A stretch of DNA of 64,000 nt, taken from contig JAKMXF010000354.1 of NCBI GenBank assembly GCA_024704765.1, positions 605,690-669,689 on the forward strand, written 5' to 3'. A program made the position numbers and the translations under genes. This stretch comes from Oopsacas minuta (Eukaryota > Animalia > Porifera). The stretch's first letter is position 1. Every line of letters starts with the position of its first letter. Positions 1-11,665 of the stretch are shown here, piece after piece. The notes below the pieces were generated by a model. That model saw only the letters and a program-made list of their open reading frames with translations, was not told the origin of the DNA and did not search any database.

Positions 1-2
1 TC

Positions 3-365
3 ATAGCTTCCCTCAAGCATATTTCACCATTTTTCATTTATCTCAACCTTACAGATGGGGAATATATTGCCACAACACTTCACTCTAATCCTCCTAGATT
101 ACATAAGGTATTAGAAAAATATCAAATATCTCCCTCCTTACAGCTTACATCTACTATATCCACTGTATTCAATGTTATAAGTACAATATCTACATCTATG
201 AAGCCAAGCAGTACATTTCGCCTTGATACGAATGAATACGAGGAAGCAGAGAGAACTTTGCTTGCTAATCCTTTTCTGGATTCAGAAGAACCTGTCAGTC
301 AGTATTTAGCGGGGAGAGGGAGTAGTGATAGTGAAAGTGACCCAGATGATGATCTCAATATTTGA
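3..365 (+). CDS. 3' end of an unidentified protein-coding gene running in from the left edge
   Basis: Hand translation from position 3 is open for 120 codons (IASLKHISPFFIYLNLTDGE...GSSDSESDPDDDLNI) to TGA at 363-365. No start in the window, so it is absent from the ORF track; family not recognised. Confidence 0.5.
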   Translation: MASLKHISPFFIYLNLTDGEYIATTLHSNPPRLHKVLEKYQISPSLQLTSTISTVFNVISTISTSMKPSSTFRLDTNEYEEAERTLLANPFLDSEEPVSQYLAGRGSSDSESDPDDDLNI

Positions 366-1548
366 ATTGAATATAGTGATAAATAATTATAACTCATGTT
401 GCTCTTACTGTGATTATCCATTCAAAATTGGGATTATTATGTTTTATGCCATGAAGTATAGATTATAACAACTCCATGGTCTCTCTGTCATGATAGTGTT
501 TCTTCTTAATATTTGGAGAAGTAGTTGTCACCTTTAGCATAATATTGGAATTCATTATTTATTAATTAGGATATTGTTGTTGTTAATTATGCAGCTAAAT
601 ACTAATTTTATTAATAATTATTCCAGTTTAGAGGCAATATTTTCTACACTTTGAGGTAACTCCCCTAGAATTCTTCAGTTATGATGTTTACACGTACAGA
701 TGGTAACTACGCCTAAAACTAAAACCCCTTAAGTATGCGAGACACTTCGTGATGCATCTTTAAGATTGATAGGTAAATCTGCCATCGTGCTATACGTAGT
801 TTTGAGTTGCACACGTATAGCTATACTATACTTACAGTTTAAGTTACTAGCTCAAGTGGCTTTTGTTTCATTTACACAATTATGCTGATTTGCATCTAAA
901 CTCTACGTTGTTATCTGATTAAATATTTGCTTATACTACTTTACTATTTATTTTGATGCTTGAGCTTGAATGAAAGATCTGTCAAACATCATACTATCAA
1001 TAATTGGATATATTATGAATCTGCTAAGCATATACGTCTAACCCTAAAATGTGTAAGCTAAAGTAGATGATTTGCTGTTTTCGTAGTTTTCTAGATTGAA
1101 CTCATATTAGCAGTTCAGATTTTTCATTACTTATCATTTCTTGCTTACAGCAATACACTTAATACCATCATTTCCAAATATTGTTGTCTGATTCTTGATA
1201 ATTAATTTCCAAAATTATTTATGTTTTGCTTCTGAACTGAATTGGAATTCATTTCATTTCTTATGGGCGGGGGTAGGGCGTGTCTGAGATTGATCTTACA
1301 ATAGGAGAGAAGACAACGCGTATTTTGTGCTGGATCAGAATGTCACGTGTTGCTAATGATAGGGCTTGTATCTAATTACACCTCATATATATTGGTAATG
1401 TTATTTGATCATAGTTATTTCAGATTATATTGAATTTCACCTATCTAGAACCAATTCATTTACATACATTATCATTAATTTTTTCCCAAAAGATGCTTCT
1501 TATTAATTTTCATACGCTACTTATATTTCAAAATTTAAATAACGTATA

Positions 1549-1671
1549 GAGTGGAGGTTTGCTTATTAACAACCCGGTTTTTGCTATAGCAGTTGCTAAT
1601 AGGGGAACAAAAGTAATACCAAGTATACTCTTGGGACCGGAAAAAGATTTGCTAATAAGCGAATTTCACTA
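1549..1671. mobile_element. Degenerate pogo/Tigger-like MITE
   Basis: Left end GAGTGGAGGTTTGCTTATTAACAA resembles the reverse complement of the right end (TAGTGAAATTCGCTTATTAGCAA); TA on both flanks. Confidence 0.4.
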
Positions 1672-1714
1672 TATATAATTCTATCTTCTGTAGAAGTATA
1701 TTCTTTTTATGATA

Positions 1715-1787
1715 CAGTTGACTCGCTTAATTAGGAATTTGGACACTTTTGTTCAAGAAAAGTGTCCCAATTAAACGGAGTCTACCG
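1715..1787. mobile_element. Hairpin pogo/Tigger-like MITE
   Basis: TA-CAGTTGACTCGCTTAATTAGGA on the left versus CGGTAGACTCCGTTTAATTGGGA (reverse complement of right end); perfect internal inverted repeat GGACACTTTT/AAAAGTGTCC at 1741-1767. Confidence 0.55.
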
Positions 1788-3727
1788 CATGCGTATTACC
1801 ACTGTTGCAGTAAATTCGTAGATTTTACAAATTATTATCTATTTGTTTACAACATGATGTAATTTCGCGATTAATTATATGAACTATGGCAATCATACAT
1901 ACGTAAATATCCCATTATATTATTCTCAATTAAATTACCAAAAAAATGGGAGTACCCACATGTATACATGATGATGCAACTCCAAGGTAGTTTCTGGGAT
2001 AAATTATATGGGCTATAGGTCATAGTTTCATACATAGTTAATTAGATATACTCTTGTTAATTAATTTTTAGTTGCCGAGTATATCTTATTTTTCTATCTA
2101 ATTAATACTATAATGCATGTATCACGCGTAATATTATTAAAAGGATATTATCCGAAATATGTTATCACCAAAAACCTTTTAATTTGGTTCTTATTCTCTC
2201 TCTACGTATCCAATAAATATACATGTACAATTTTACATAGAATTATCAATGTATAACTTGCTACAGAGCTATATTCGAGGGATACAGCGATATATCCCTT
2301 CTAGAAGTTTGAGAATCTGCGTTTAATAATAGTTATTAGTTAGAGTAAGATGAGCACAAAAATATTACATTAAAAAGAAATGGCAGTTTTTATTGCTAAT
2401 TTTTTTGTAATTTGAACTGGATTTGCTGCACTACGATGGTCTCAAGTTAATACAGCTTGTTCAATTATATTTTTGACTTATTTACTTTCAGTCTCGAATT
2501 CTTGGTTATTGAATTTTCATATTTCGCTGAAATAATTGAAGTACTAGTTTTGAGAGTCTTTTGTCTGTCCATTTCTGTTACAGAGGTTTGAACTGAGAAA
2601 CCTTTTAATTATTCATTAATTCATTATTCAAATTCTCATAACCTTAATCCGTCCCTCTTACAATATCTAATTTCTCAAGAATCTATCGAAACGCCGCCCC
2701 TAACAACTTAGATACACTGATTGAATTTCATCTTACAATCCTTGAATGTACTTTCTATCCTACCTAATCCCCTAGATAATGATATTATAGATTGATGATC
2801 AATTAAATGCACTAAAGAATGTATTATAGCAATACAAGCTTACTACGTGTATAACTCTATCGCTGATTCTACTTTGCAGCCTCAACAATTACCCAGCCGG
2901 AATGATGAGAGCAATTGCTGTGATTTAGAGGATATATATAATACAATTACTTTATTTTATTGAATACACCGTAATATTTACATTCTTTATTATTTCCTGG
3001 CATTATATTATCAACTCTCGTTTTAATAACTTGAATTGTTCTAATTGTTGTCTTCACGTTTTTGCCCTCACAGTAACTTAACGGGACACCCCCCCTTCCT
3101 TATTCAAACAGGATTCTGCGTTTTGAGGTAACATTATCCTGACTTCAATTATTTGGAGTTGTAAGGTTTTAATCTTTATTTTCCTGAATTATTTCCTGAA
3201 TTTTCGGCCTATAATGTTTCAAAATAAATGTATAAAATAAGTTTCGAATCAATAGATTATTTTTTCTGTTAAGATATAAAGCCTATCCATATTTTACAGA
3301 TTAATTACACTTTAAGTTTGTAAATAGATACTTTGAGTGTAGAGATCTGCACTAAAGTCATTGTAATCGGTTGCTAAGCAAAATATTTATTGATTCCACT
3401 CATATTTCTTACAAATTTTGTTTTAATTTACTCTTCACGCATAATTTATGAAAACTTTGTTTTAATTATTAAAAAATCATAAGAAAATGGGAATCGATTG
3501 CTTTGAAGTATATTTACAGTTTTATGAATATTCATTTGTACCAGTTGGGTATGTCTTAGGATGAATGTGATGGATAATGGGTTAGGTGCATAATTACTTG
3601 CTTTATTAACTAGTATCAAGATAGATAGCCGCCCCTATCACTTGATAACTCAATTTAATACTTTTATCTTTTTCAGGATTAACATTGTATATTCTAGTCT
3701 ACTTTATACTAGAAATATTAGAGAATA

Positions 3728-3985
3728 ATGGCTGAGATCTTTGATAATTATCAATACTGGAAGGATAACAAGACTGACAAGTCAATCCCTCTTTGGAAGA
3801 AGTATGGGTTTAGTAGTAAATTCGACTACTATCTTCAATGTAAATATTATGCTAATTTCAGTCTACACTTCATGATGCCCCACGAGAGGAAGATCTTTCA
3901 TTTCTTAGTCTTGCTATTTATCTTGATGTCAATCTATACAACATATTTATATATGCCTGCTTATATATCAAAATTCTTGAGATAA
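3728..3985 (+). CDS. SPTSSA: Serine palmitoyltransferase small subunit (SPTSSA/B family)
   Basis: YYANFSLHFMMPHERKIFHFLVLLFILMSIYTTYLYMP matches the family pattern (human YMLEPWERTVFNSMLVSIVGMALYTGYVFMP). The A and B paralogs cannot be distinguished. Confidence 0.8.
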   Translation: MAEIFDNYQYWKDNKTDKSIPLWKKYGFSSKFDYYLQCKYYANFSLHFMMPHERKIFHFLVLLFILMSIYTTYLYMPAYISKFLR

Positions 3986-6900
3986 TTATATATTTCTCTT
4001 TTCTAGTATTTATCCATTCTAATTAATAGCAGTTCAGTATTTATTTGTTATTCTGTTTATGATTTTAATATTACAGGGGTGATAGATCAAATACATCTAA
4101 GTTCATGGGGGAGACCTGATTCAACCTATGAGAACAATATTATCTTTTCTACCTATATTACAGTTGACAATATCAGTGAAATGAAAATTTTCTGGTCCGA
4201 TTTTACGATGGCTTCTAACCAGCTAAAACCTAGCTATGTACTATTTTGAATTTGAAGTTTAATTTTGTGCTTATTAATATTTATAAATTATTTAAGATTT
4301 TCGCTAGCGCCGTTTGGTTGGAAGATGATGTGGCTGTTACATTGCAAATATATAATTTACAGTTTTTTTTTAATTATGAAAGTTCAATGATTTTGCACTA
4401 GACTGATTAGAAGATTTAAAATTCACAATTCTGGTAGACTTTGCCGGAGTTCTAGACTTGCAGTTTCTCACTGTTTTAGTTTTCGTAACAATTTGTGTTC
4501 GTTTAATCATTTTTCTCGGATATACAGGTAATTACATTGACCCAATACATTAATGTTATTGATTGCTTTTAGTTGTACAAATTTGAAATATAATTAATTA
4601 ACATTCCTTCAATTGTTCTATCTAATCACTTCCCCGAAATTCGACCTAACACATACTCTATATGGAATTAACTTAAAAAGATTTGGAAGCTACAAAAAAT
4701 GAATCTACCCCTAATGCCCGGTTATTGTTTGATTAATTGTTCGAGTGATTACAATAACATTTTCGAGTTCTTTCTGATTCTAACTTTGTATTTATTTACA
4801 AATATTCCGTATTGACGATAAATATAAGACTTTAGAGTAACTGTTTTCCTAATTTTTTCCATTGAAAAATTAGCACGATTTTGATAAATGATAGATTTGG
4901 AAATAAAGTGTAATACTGAAAATTATTATTATAACCATCATTAATATGCCAGATAGTGTAGACAATAATCTATGCATGGATGTAGCTGTGGTGATTACAT
5001 TAAGCTATCTGGAGCTCCTTATTAAGCAACCTTTCCTACAATGACTTGTCACAATATAAGCGGCCTCTAAGAACGACACTATGAAATTCTAGATTCAATT
5101 TCTTCAGCTTCCTTTCCCTCCCACTATTGACCTTAGAAATATTTAGTTTTATCCTTTGAGTCTTGTGACTGACTATATTAATCTACTGAATTGCATAAGT
5201 AGTACCAGCATAAATGTATTCGCTATGTCTTCTTAGTAGTAATCATGTCAAGCGTTGGCCTGCTTTGATATTGGTTACCTAAATTACAATTGGTGTGGCA
5301 TTTGTAATTGAAGGGCCGAATTATGCAACCACATCACACCCCATTTCATATCTTTTGCAAGGTTAAACATTCTTTCAAGCATGATATTAATTCGCTATAT
5401 AATGCTCAATTGTACAACACTCAAGGAAGATTTCTTTTAGTAATGCTTAGATCATATATGAACTAATTCCCTCATATTTGTTATTTTCTCAAGTATCATA
5501 ACGTCTCATATCAACAACCTAAGGATTGTTTCAAAGATATAACATATCGATTAAGTCGGTTGTCATTTGATACTAGATTACGATTAACTATCATAACAAG
5601 ATATATGTATACGTATGAAGACAGATTTTTTTTCTCTGGGATAGAGAGGCCTCTCGTTAATAAGAATACGTTTAATTGGGACAAATAACTGTACTATGTG
5701 TCTAGATCCATGGTTCAGCACATGTTTTTAGTTCTTTCTTCAGTGGACATCTATGGATGAATTGTTTGATTTCTCTAAAACTTATTCAAAGATTTGACAG
5801 TTATTAATTGTTATTACTAGGCTAACTTATATAATTATTTCTGTTCTTGTAATTATAGAAAATGTTCAAATTATCAACCGAGTATTTTTGAACTCCAATC
5901 CCTCTATTTCCTGTACAGACATCATTAGTTTGATTAAATCTGTGTTGCATTTCGCAAGTTTGAATAAGAATTTTATTTGCTTCGTTAAATAGACTTTACA
6001 TCTTTCAAAAATGCTTTCATTGCTTTCTACCGCTACTGACGCACATAGAGTAATGATAAAAGAATTATTTCGCATATTCTCATCACTTATGGATGTGTTT
6101 ATCAGGTAGTCACAATGTAGAATGGCATTTAATCTACACAATTTGTAGCAAGCTATCAACTTTAGAATTTCAACTAATCTTAACCGTTAGTTACAACAGC
6201 TGACAATCAGTTTGTAATACAAGAAAAATTCCGAGAAATTCAATTTTCTAACGAAATCATTCATTTAAGTATATTTTTATGTCACAGATTTTTGAAACTA
6301 TTAGTTTGTGATTATTAACTTATCTGTATTTTAATTCTGACAGTTAACTATGAAGAGATCATTATTTTTGATTACTCTTTCGTATTTATTGGGTGTATGG
6401 ATGATACCTAGAGTGTAATGGTTAAGTAATTTCTGACAATGCATGACCTAGGAAGAGGGGGACTAAATTTGGGAAGTTTGCATTTTGCAACATTCTCTAA
6501 TCTACCATGATATATTCGTGTGATATTTGTTAGGTGCAAAGTGCCTTATACAGTGATGGAATATTATACCATTGGAGCATTAAGGAAGACTTATGTGCTT
6601 GTTTAGTTTATCCTTAATTAATCACTCCCAGAAAACATAATATCCCTCTCTCCTTTTTCCTTTAATCTAATTTTTTTCAGTGTAATGACTCTTATCTTTA
6701 ATTCTAGATCAGAGAATGTGCTTCTCTTTCTCCTGTAGAAAATTTGATTTTAGCAAACTTGTAAGAGACAGTAATATTATCTGCTTATTTCAAGAAGATT
6801 ATTAAGTCTAAACAGAGTAAATTTCACTTTTTCATTGTTTGTATTCTTTAAATGATGAAATTTACTAGGACAGTAGACTACTTGTATTTTTGTAACGAAA

Positions 6901-7448
6901 GGTTCTTGTAAGAAGATCCCAGCTGAAGATGTTAACATTGCTGCTCTTGTCATACTCCCAAGTTTTCTCAGTTTTGCCTTTGTGGTAGGATTCAATTTTG
7001 CACAGAATTCTGTATTCGTAAAAACTTACGAAAAGTGTCCATATTCAAACACTACGTAAGGCTTCAAATTCATGCGTATTTTTGCGCTTAACGAAAAGAT
7101 TGACTGAAACAGACTAGTATACTTATCTCATTCTAGGGGTTTTTGAACTATTATTTCCTGAATATATGAAAGATTGTTTTATATTCAATAATTAATAAGC
7201 AAATAGTATGCTTTAAAGATTATGAACAATGCTCTAATTGAGTCTTTCACATGCTAGTACCCCATGAAGTGTAATAGCATTTTTATTATTCTCTACACCC
7301 CAAACATAACTACATCGAAGATTTATTTGTAATAATAAATCTATATATTCCCTACATTAATTATACATATATTACAGAATTTCAAATAATTAAATGAGTA
7401 TATATGTAATATCAAATATAATTTTAAAATAATTAGTCGATTTGTGTG

Positions 7449-7787
7449 TTAATAATCATAGAAATCAGTGTTATCGCTCCAATTTAGTATTTCCAATGCA
7501 GCTTTATTATTCTTTAGCATATCTACTTCTGCTAGTAAGTCTGACCATTCATCATATAACAGTTCCTTCTGCCGAACGAGTAATGAATACTCGCTCGATT
7601 TTCTCTCTCGACACTCTCTTCTATATCTTTTCATTTTTTCCTTTCTCCTCAGCTTCTTTATATCTGCTTGGTCAGTGAGGGAAATCCTCTCATCTTTCAA
7701 TATCTTGTTAAGGTCTTTAATGTCTAAGTGAACTATTTCTTCACTGCTTAAGAGGAAGAGGCTATAGTTTCTATCAGGTGCAGACAT
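7449..7787 (-). CDS. Divergent small-Maf/CNC-like bZIP protein (copy 1)
   Basis: LSSEEIVHLDIKDLNKILK...IKKLRRKEKMKRYRRECRERK aligns to the Maf extended homology and basic regions (LSDDELVSMSVRELNQHL...LKQRRRTLKNRGYAASCRIKR), followed by a leucine heptad. First true ATG is at 7787. Confidence 0.75.
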   Translation of the reverse strand: MSAPDRNYSLFLLSSEEIVHLDIKDLNKILKDERISLTDQADIKKLRRKEKMKRYRRECRERKSSEYSLLVRQKELLYDEWSDLLAEVDMLKNNKAALEILNWSDNTDFYDY

Positions 7788-8649
7788 ATTGCTGATCACT
7801 TATTTTATTAGTTTATTATATTTGCGTATTTGAAGGGTAGGATATAAGATATGCCTGACTGCTTATTGTTTTGTAAGTCATATTTATATATATCCTATCT
7901 CAAATAGCACCAGTACAAATCTAGTTAACTTCCAGCATAGGTTAATTATTCAGAATACGAATTAGAGATATCATAAACGAGTACATTGCATTTGTGTTGC
8001 AACTTACAAACTTGGTTATGAGTATAATCCGATCCTAAATATTTACAATTATTTGACCACATTATTGTGATTTTTCAATGATTCGTATAGTACTATGCTC
8101 ACATGATATAATTCACATTTTAATTTATTAAATAATTGCATCAACTAAAGTACGATATGTATTATAATGTAATTTCGCAGTAGATTTTGGTAATTTATAG
8201 AATTATAACTTTTCTAGATTCAATTTTATTGTAAATTTAGTAATCGCAGTTATATGATTCAGGATCTGAAGAAGTGGGAATGAGGCATACTTTAGCCAAA
8301 TTATACCTCACACCATTGAAATTTACCTCTATAAGTGAGAACTACTACGATAAATTTCTTGAATAATCAATTTTTGCCCGTAAATTTAGAAAACAAACGT
8401 ATATATCGCTATTATCAATTGAAATCTTAGGAGTTTCTCTGAAGAAAATTTATTTCAAATTTATAAATTCAACCAATAACCTTTTGGCATATAATAGAGC
8501 ATTTTAATAATTAAATATCATCGAAAACAGTCGTTGGAGGAAGTGGATATACATATTGACTCAAAATCTCTGTTTATAGGACATTTTAGGTTGATATGAT
8601 ACTTGGGGAATGGGAGCATATCAGGAGATCGTCGTCCCGACCTCCCCCA

Positions 8650-8669
8650 CGTATAGAGGTTCTACTGTA
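8650..8669. mobile_element. Right terminus of a pogo/Tigger-like MITE relic
   Basis: GTATAGAGGTTCTACTG-TA; the reverse complement reads TA-CAGTAGAACCTCTATAC, a typical pogo-family terminus. The left end is not clearly preserved. Confidence 0.35.
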
Positions 8670-9155
8670 ATTTAATTAATAGATATAATCATGGTATCCT
8701 GTTTGTTGAAATAAAGAAGATGCTTATCGGCCTTATCCCCTTTCAAATAGTTTATTGTGAATCCCAAAGTTCTCCAACATCAGCATTTTTTACTTCACCA
8801 AATAATCTATTGTGATAATATTTTCCTTTCTAATATGTTTAATAATTATCCAAAGCTAACTAATTCATTAATAATTGTGTTTATTCCAATTCAAATGAGC
8901 TCTTATATATATGATTATCAGAATGGAGAGTAAATTATCAATTCATATGTTTACTAATAATTACCACGTATAAGTTATTTGCAACTCTTTCTTCAAGAGA
9001 ATTGAGGTAATTATCACTAATCAAATAATCCTAATCTCTCTCATAATAACATGTATCATTTTTACACAATTTTGTAGTATTCCTAATTAAACTATCAAAC
9101 ATTTCTTGTAAATCTCAAAGTTACTAGAAATTTCATAGTTTGAAATACTAATGAA

Positions 9156-10286
9156 ATGTTGATAAAGTTCAAACGAATAGATAAGAAAACGAAAGAAGGA
9201 CAAGTAGATCTTGTTTTAAAAGATACAGAAGATGTCTGGCACTTCTATAACCTGGTGTCTGTAGGAGACAGTATTCGGTCTGTCACAATGCGTAAGGTCC
9301 AGCAGGAGAGTGCTACTGGTTCAAGTTCAAGCTACAGAGTTAAGACCACAGTTGTAATTAAGGTTGAGCATATAGACTTTTACGGAGACCTCCCTTCAGT
9401 TCGATTGAGGGGTAGGAATATTGTGGAGAATGAGTATATTAAAATGGGAGCATATCACACTGTTGAATTGTCCATTCGTTCAGAAGTTGGTTTAGCTAAA
9501 TCTAATTGGGACAGTATAGCATTAGAAATGCTGAACCATGCTGCTAATCCACAAAAATCAGCTGATCTATCTGTAGTACTAATGCAGGAGGGCATAGGGT
9601 ATATATTCTTAATTACTCCCAGCATGGTGCTTACACGTGCTAAGATAGAGACATCTGTACCACGAAAGCAGCACAGTTCTGCTGACAAACACCAACAAGG
9701 TCTAACCCGATTCTTCGAGGCTGTATACCAATCTATCTCTTTGCATATAGATTTTACTATTGTAAAATGTGTAGTGATAGCTAGTCCAGGATTCCTGAAG
9801 GATCAGTTTCATACATTCCTAATACAGACTGCAGTATCCAAGGAAGATAAGAATATTCTAGAAAACAAGGCTAAGTTTGTAGTAGTACACTCTTCATCTG
9901 GGCATAAGCATGCATTAGATGAGATATTCACTTCAGCAGGCCATTTAATACAAGACACACGTGCTGCACAGGAAATGAGATCTCTAGACACATTCACTCG
10001 ATACTTAGACAAAGATCCAGATAAAGTAGCATATGGCATGAAGGAGGTTACCAAAGCTGATGAATTATTAGCAGTAGATACTCTCTTGGTATCTGATTCG
10101 TTGTTTAGGAGTCCTGATATGAGGGAGAGACAGTCTTACGTGGGGTTAGTAGAGTCTGTGAGGGGACATGGAGGTAAGACACGGATATTCTCTAGTTCTC
10201 ATACCTCTGGAGAGAAGTTGAAGTATTACACCGGTATAGCAGCTATATTGAGATGTCCTATACCAGACCTAGATGAAATGATATAG
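9156..10286 (+). CDS. PELO: Pelota ribosome-rescue factor, intronless
   Basis: EDVWHFYNL, YIKMGAYHTVEL, ASPGF and SSGHKHALDE motifs, and the eRF1_3 end SGEKLKYYTGIAAILRCP. Confidence 0.97.
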   Translation: MLIKFKRIDKKTKEGQVDLVLKDTEDVWHFYNLVSVGDSIRSVTMRKVQQESATGSSSSYRVKTTVVIKVEHIDFYGDLPSVRLRGRNIVENEYIKMGAYHTVELSIRSEVGLAKSNWDSIALEMLNHAANPQKSADLSVVLMQEGIGYIFLITPSMVLTRAKIETSVPRKQHSSADKHQQGLTRFFEAVYQSISLHIDFTIVKCVVIASPGFLKDQFHTFLIQTAVSKEDKNILENKAKFVVVHSSSGHKHALDEIFTSAGHLIQDTRAAQEMRSLDTFTRYLDKDPDKVAYGMKEVTKADELLAVDTLLVSDSLFRSPDMRERQSYVGLVESVRGHGGKTRIFSSSHTSGEKLKYYTGIAAILRCPIPDLDEMI

Positions 10287-10437
10287 TTTCATTAGAGATT
10301 TCATTGAATAATGAATTTACTATGAATCAGTTGTACAATTCAAATCTAGTATTTTCTAATTTATGCTGAAAATTGCTCAATATTTTATCTTCATATTTCT
10401 ATTTGTAATTATATAATTATTGTTAATTAGCAAATAA

Positions 10438-11385
10438 ATGGGTAATAAGAAGAAAGTTCTATTGATGGGGAAGAGTGGAGCTGGTAAGACAAGTATGCGA
10501 TCTATCATATTCGCTAACTACGTAGCACGCGACACGAGACGTCTCGGTCCTACAATGAACGTAGAGCATTCTTATATCAGATTCCTTGGTACCATGGTAC
10601 TAAACCTATGGGACTGTGGAGGTCAACCTAATTACTTTGATAACTATATTACTCCACAGAGAGAACAAATATTTAAAGGAGCAGAAGTGTTGATATTCGT
10701 TATCTCTGTAGAGACGAAGGAACTGCAAGATGATTTGAGATTATATCAGTCATGTCTGGAAGCTTTAGCTCACCTCTCTCCTGAAGCAAAGATTGTCTGT
10801 CTCATCTCCAAGATGGACCTTATTGCTGATGAGAAACGTGAACAAGAATTCTCGGTAAGAGAATCAGAGATTAAGAGGCGATCACTACCTCTTAAAGTTA
10901 CATGCTATCCTACCAGTATTTGGGATGAATCTCTTTATAAAGCATGGTCATCCATTATTTATAGTCTTGTGCCTAACATCGCGAAATTTGAATCAAGTCT
11001 AAACATGTTTGCTGATATAATGCGAGCTGATGAAGTGTTACTTTTCGAGAAGGCTACCTATCTCATAATAGCGCACTCTGTGAGGAGGAAACATCCTGAT
11101 GGTCATAGATTTGAGAAGATCAGTAATATCATAAAACAATTCAAACTCAATGCGAGTAGATATGTTGCTAACCTGCATACAATGCGTATGGAAATAATCA
11201 ATGGAGATCTGAAGATACTCTTAGACATGCTGACTCCTAATACAGCTATAATGGTGGTAATAACTGATCCATTGGTGTATCCAGCTGCTATATCACTCAA
11301 TATACAGACAGCTAGGAAGCACTTTGAGATGTTAGAGAAACTAGATAGAGCACCAGCTATGCAGTTTGGCGATCCGAAGGTTTGA
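10438..11385 (+). CDS. RRAGA: Rag GTPase RagA/B
   Basis: KKVLLMGKSGAGKTSMRSIIFANY, LNLWDCGGQ, TSIWDESLYKAWS, HRFEKISNIIKQFKL. Confidence 0.97.
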   Translation: MGNKKKVLLMGKSGAGKTSMRSIIFANYVARDTRRLGPTMNVEHSYIRFLGTMVLNLWDCGGQPNYFDNYITPQREQIFKGAEVLIFVISVETKELQDDLRLYQSCLEALAHLSPEAKIVCLISKMDLIADEKREQEFSVRESEIKRRSLPLKVTCYPTSIWDESLYKAWSSIIYSLVPNIAKFESSLNMFADIMRADEVLLFEKATYLIIAHSVRRKHPDGHRFEKISNIIKQFKLNASRYVANLHTMRMEIINGDLKILLDMLTPNTAIMVVITDPLVYPAAISLNIQTARKHFEMLEKLDRAPAMQFGDPKV

Positions 11386-11665
11386 TCGGAAGTTAACTTT
11401 TTATATATTTCTATTACCCATTACTTTGATAACGCATATCTTGTGCATTATACCGTAAGATTGTTACGTGTGTTTGCTGAAAATTGATACATATAATCAT
11501 TTTGTACTATTAATCTACTTATGAGTGGAAAGGTGTGAAAAATTTAGAAATTGTGTCCACATATGCTATTTTTAATCTGTAATAAAATGGATGAACTCAT
11601 CCATCAATGCAAGTTTATGTATTATTTCTTATATAGTGAAATTATAATTAGATTCTATATTCAAA

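Noticed and set aside
2380-2532. Hydrophobic ORF readable through TGA (mitochondrial insertion or selenoprotein)
   Set aside because: No similarity to any mitochondrial protein I recognise and no evident SECIS; compatible with T-rich intergenic DNA.
5866-6159. hAT transposase dimerisation fragment (LCASVAVESNESIF)
   Set aside because: Only a faint resemblance to the SxxxERxFS motif; no upstream catalytic region or TIRs.
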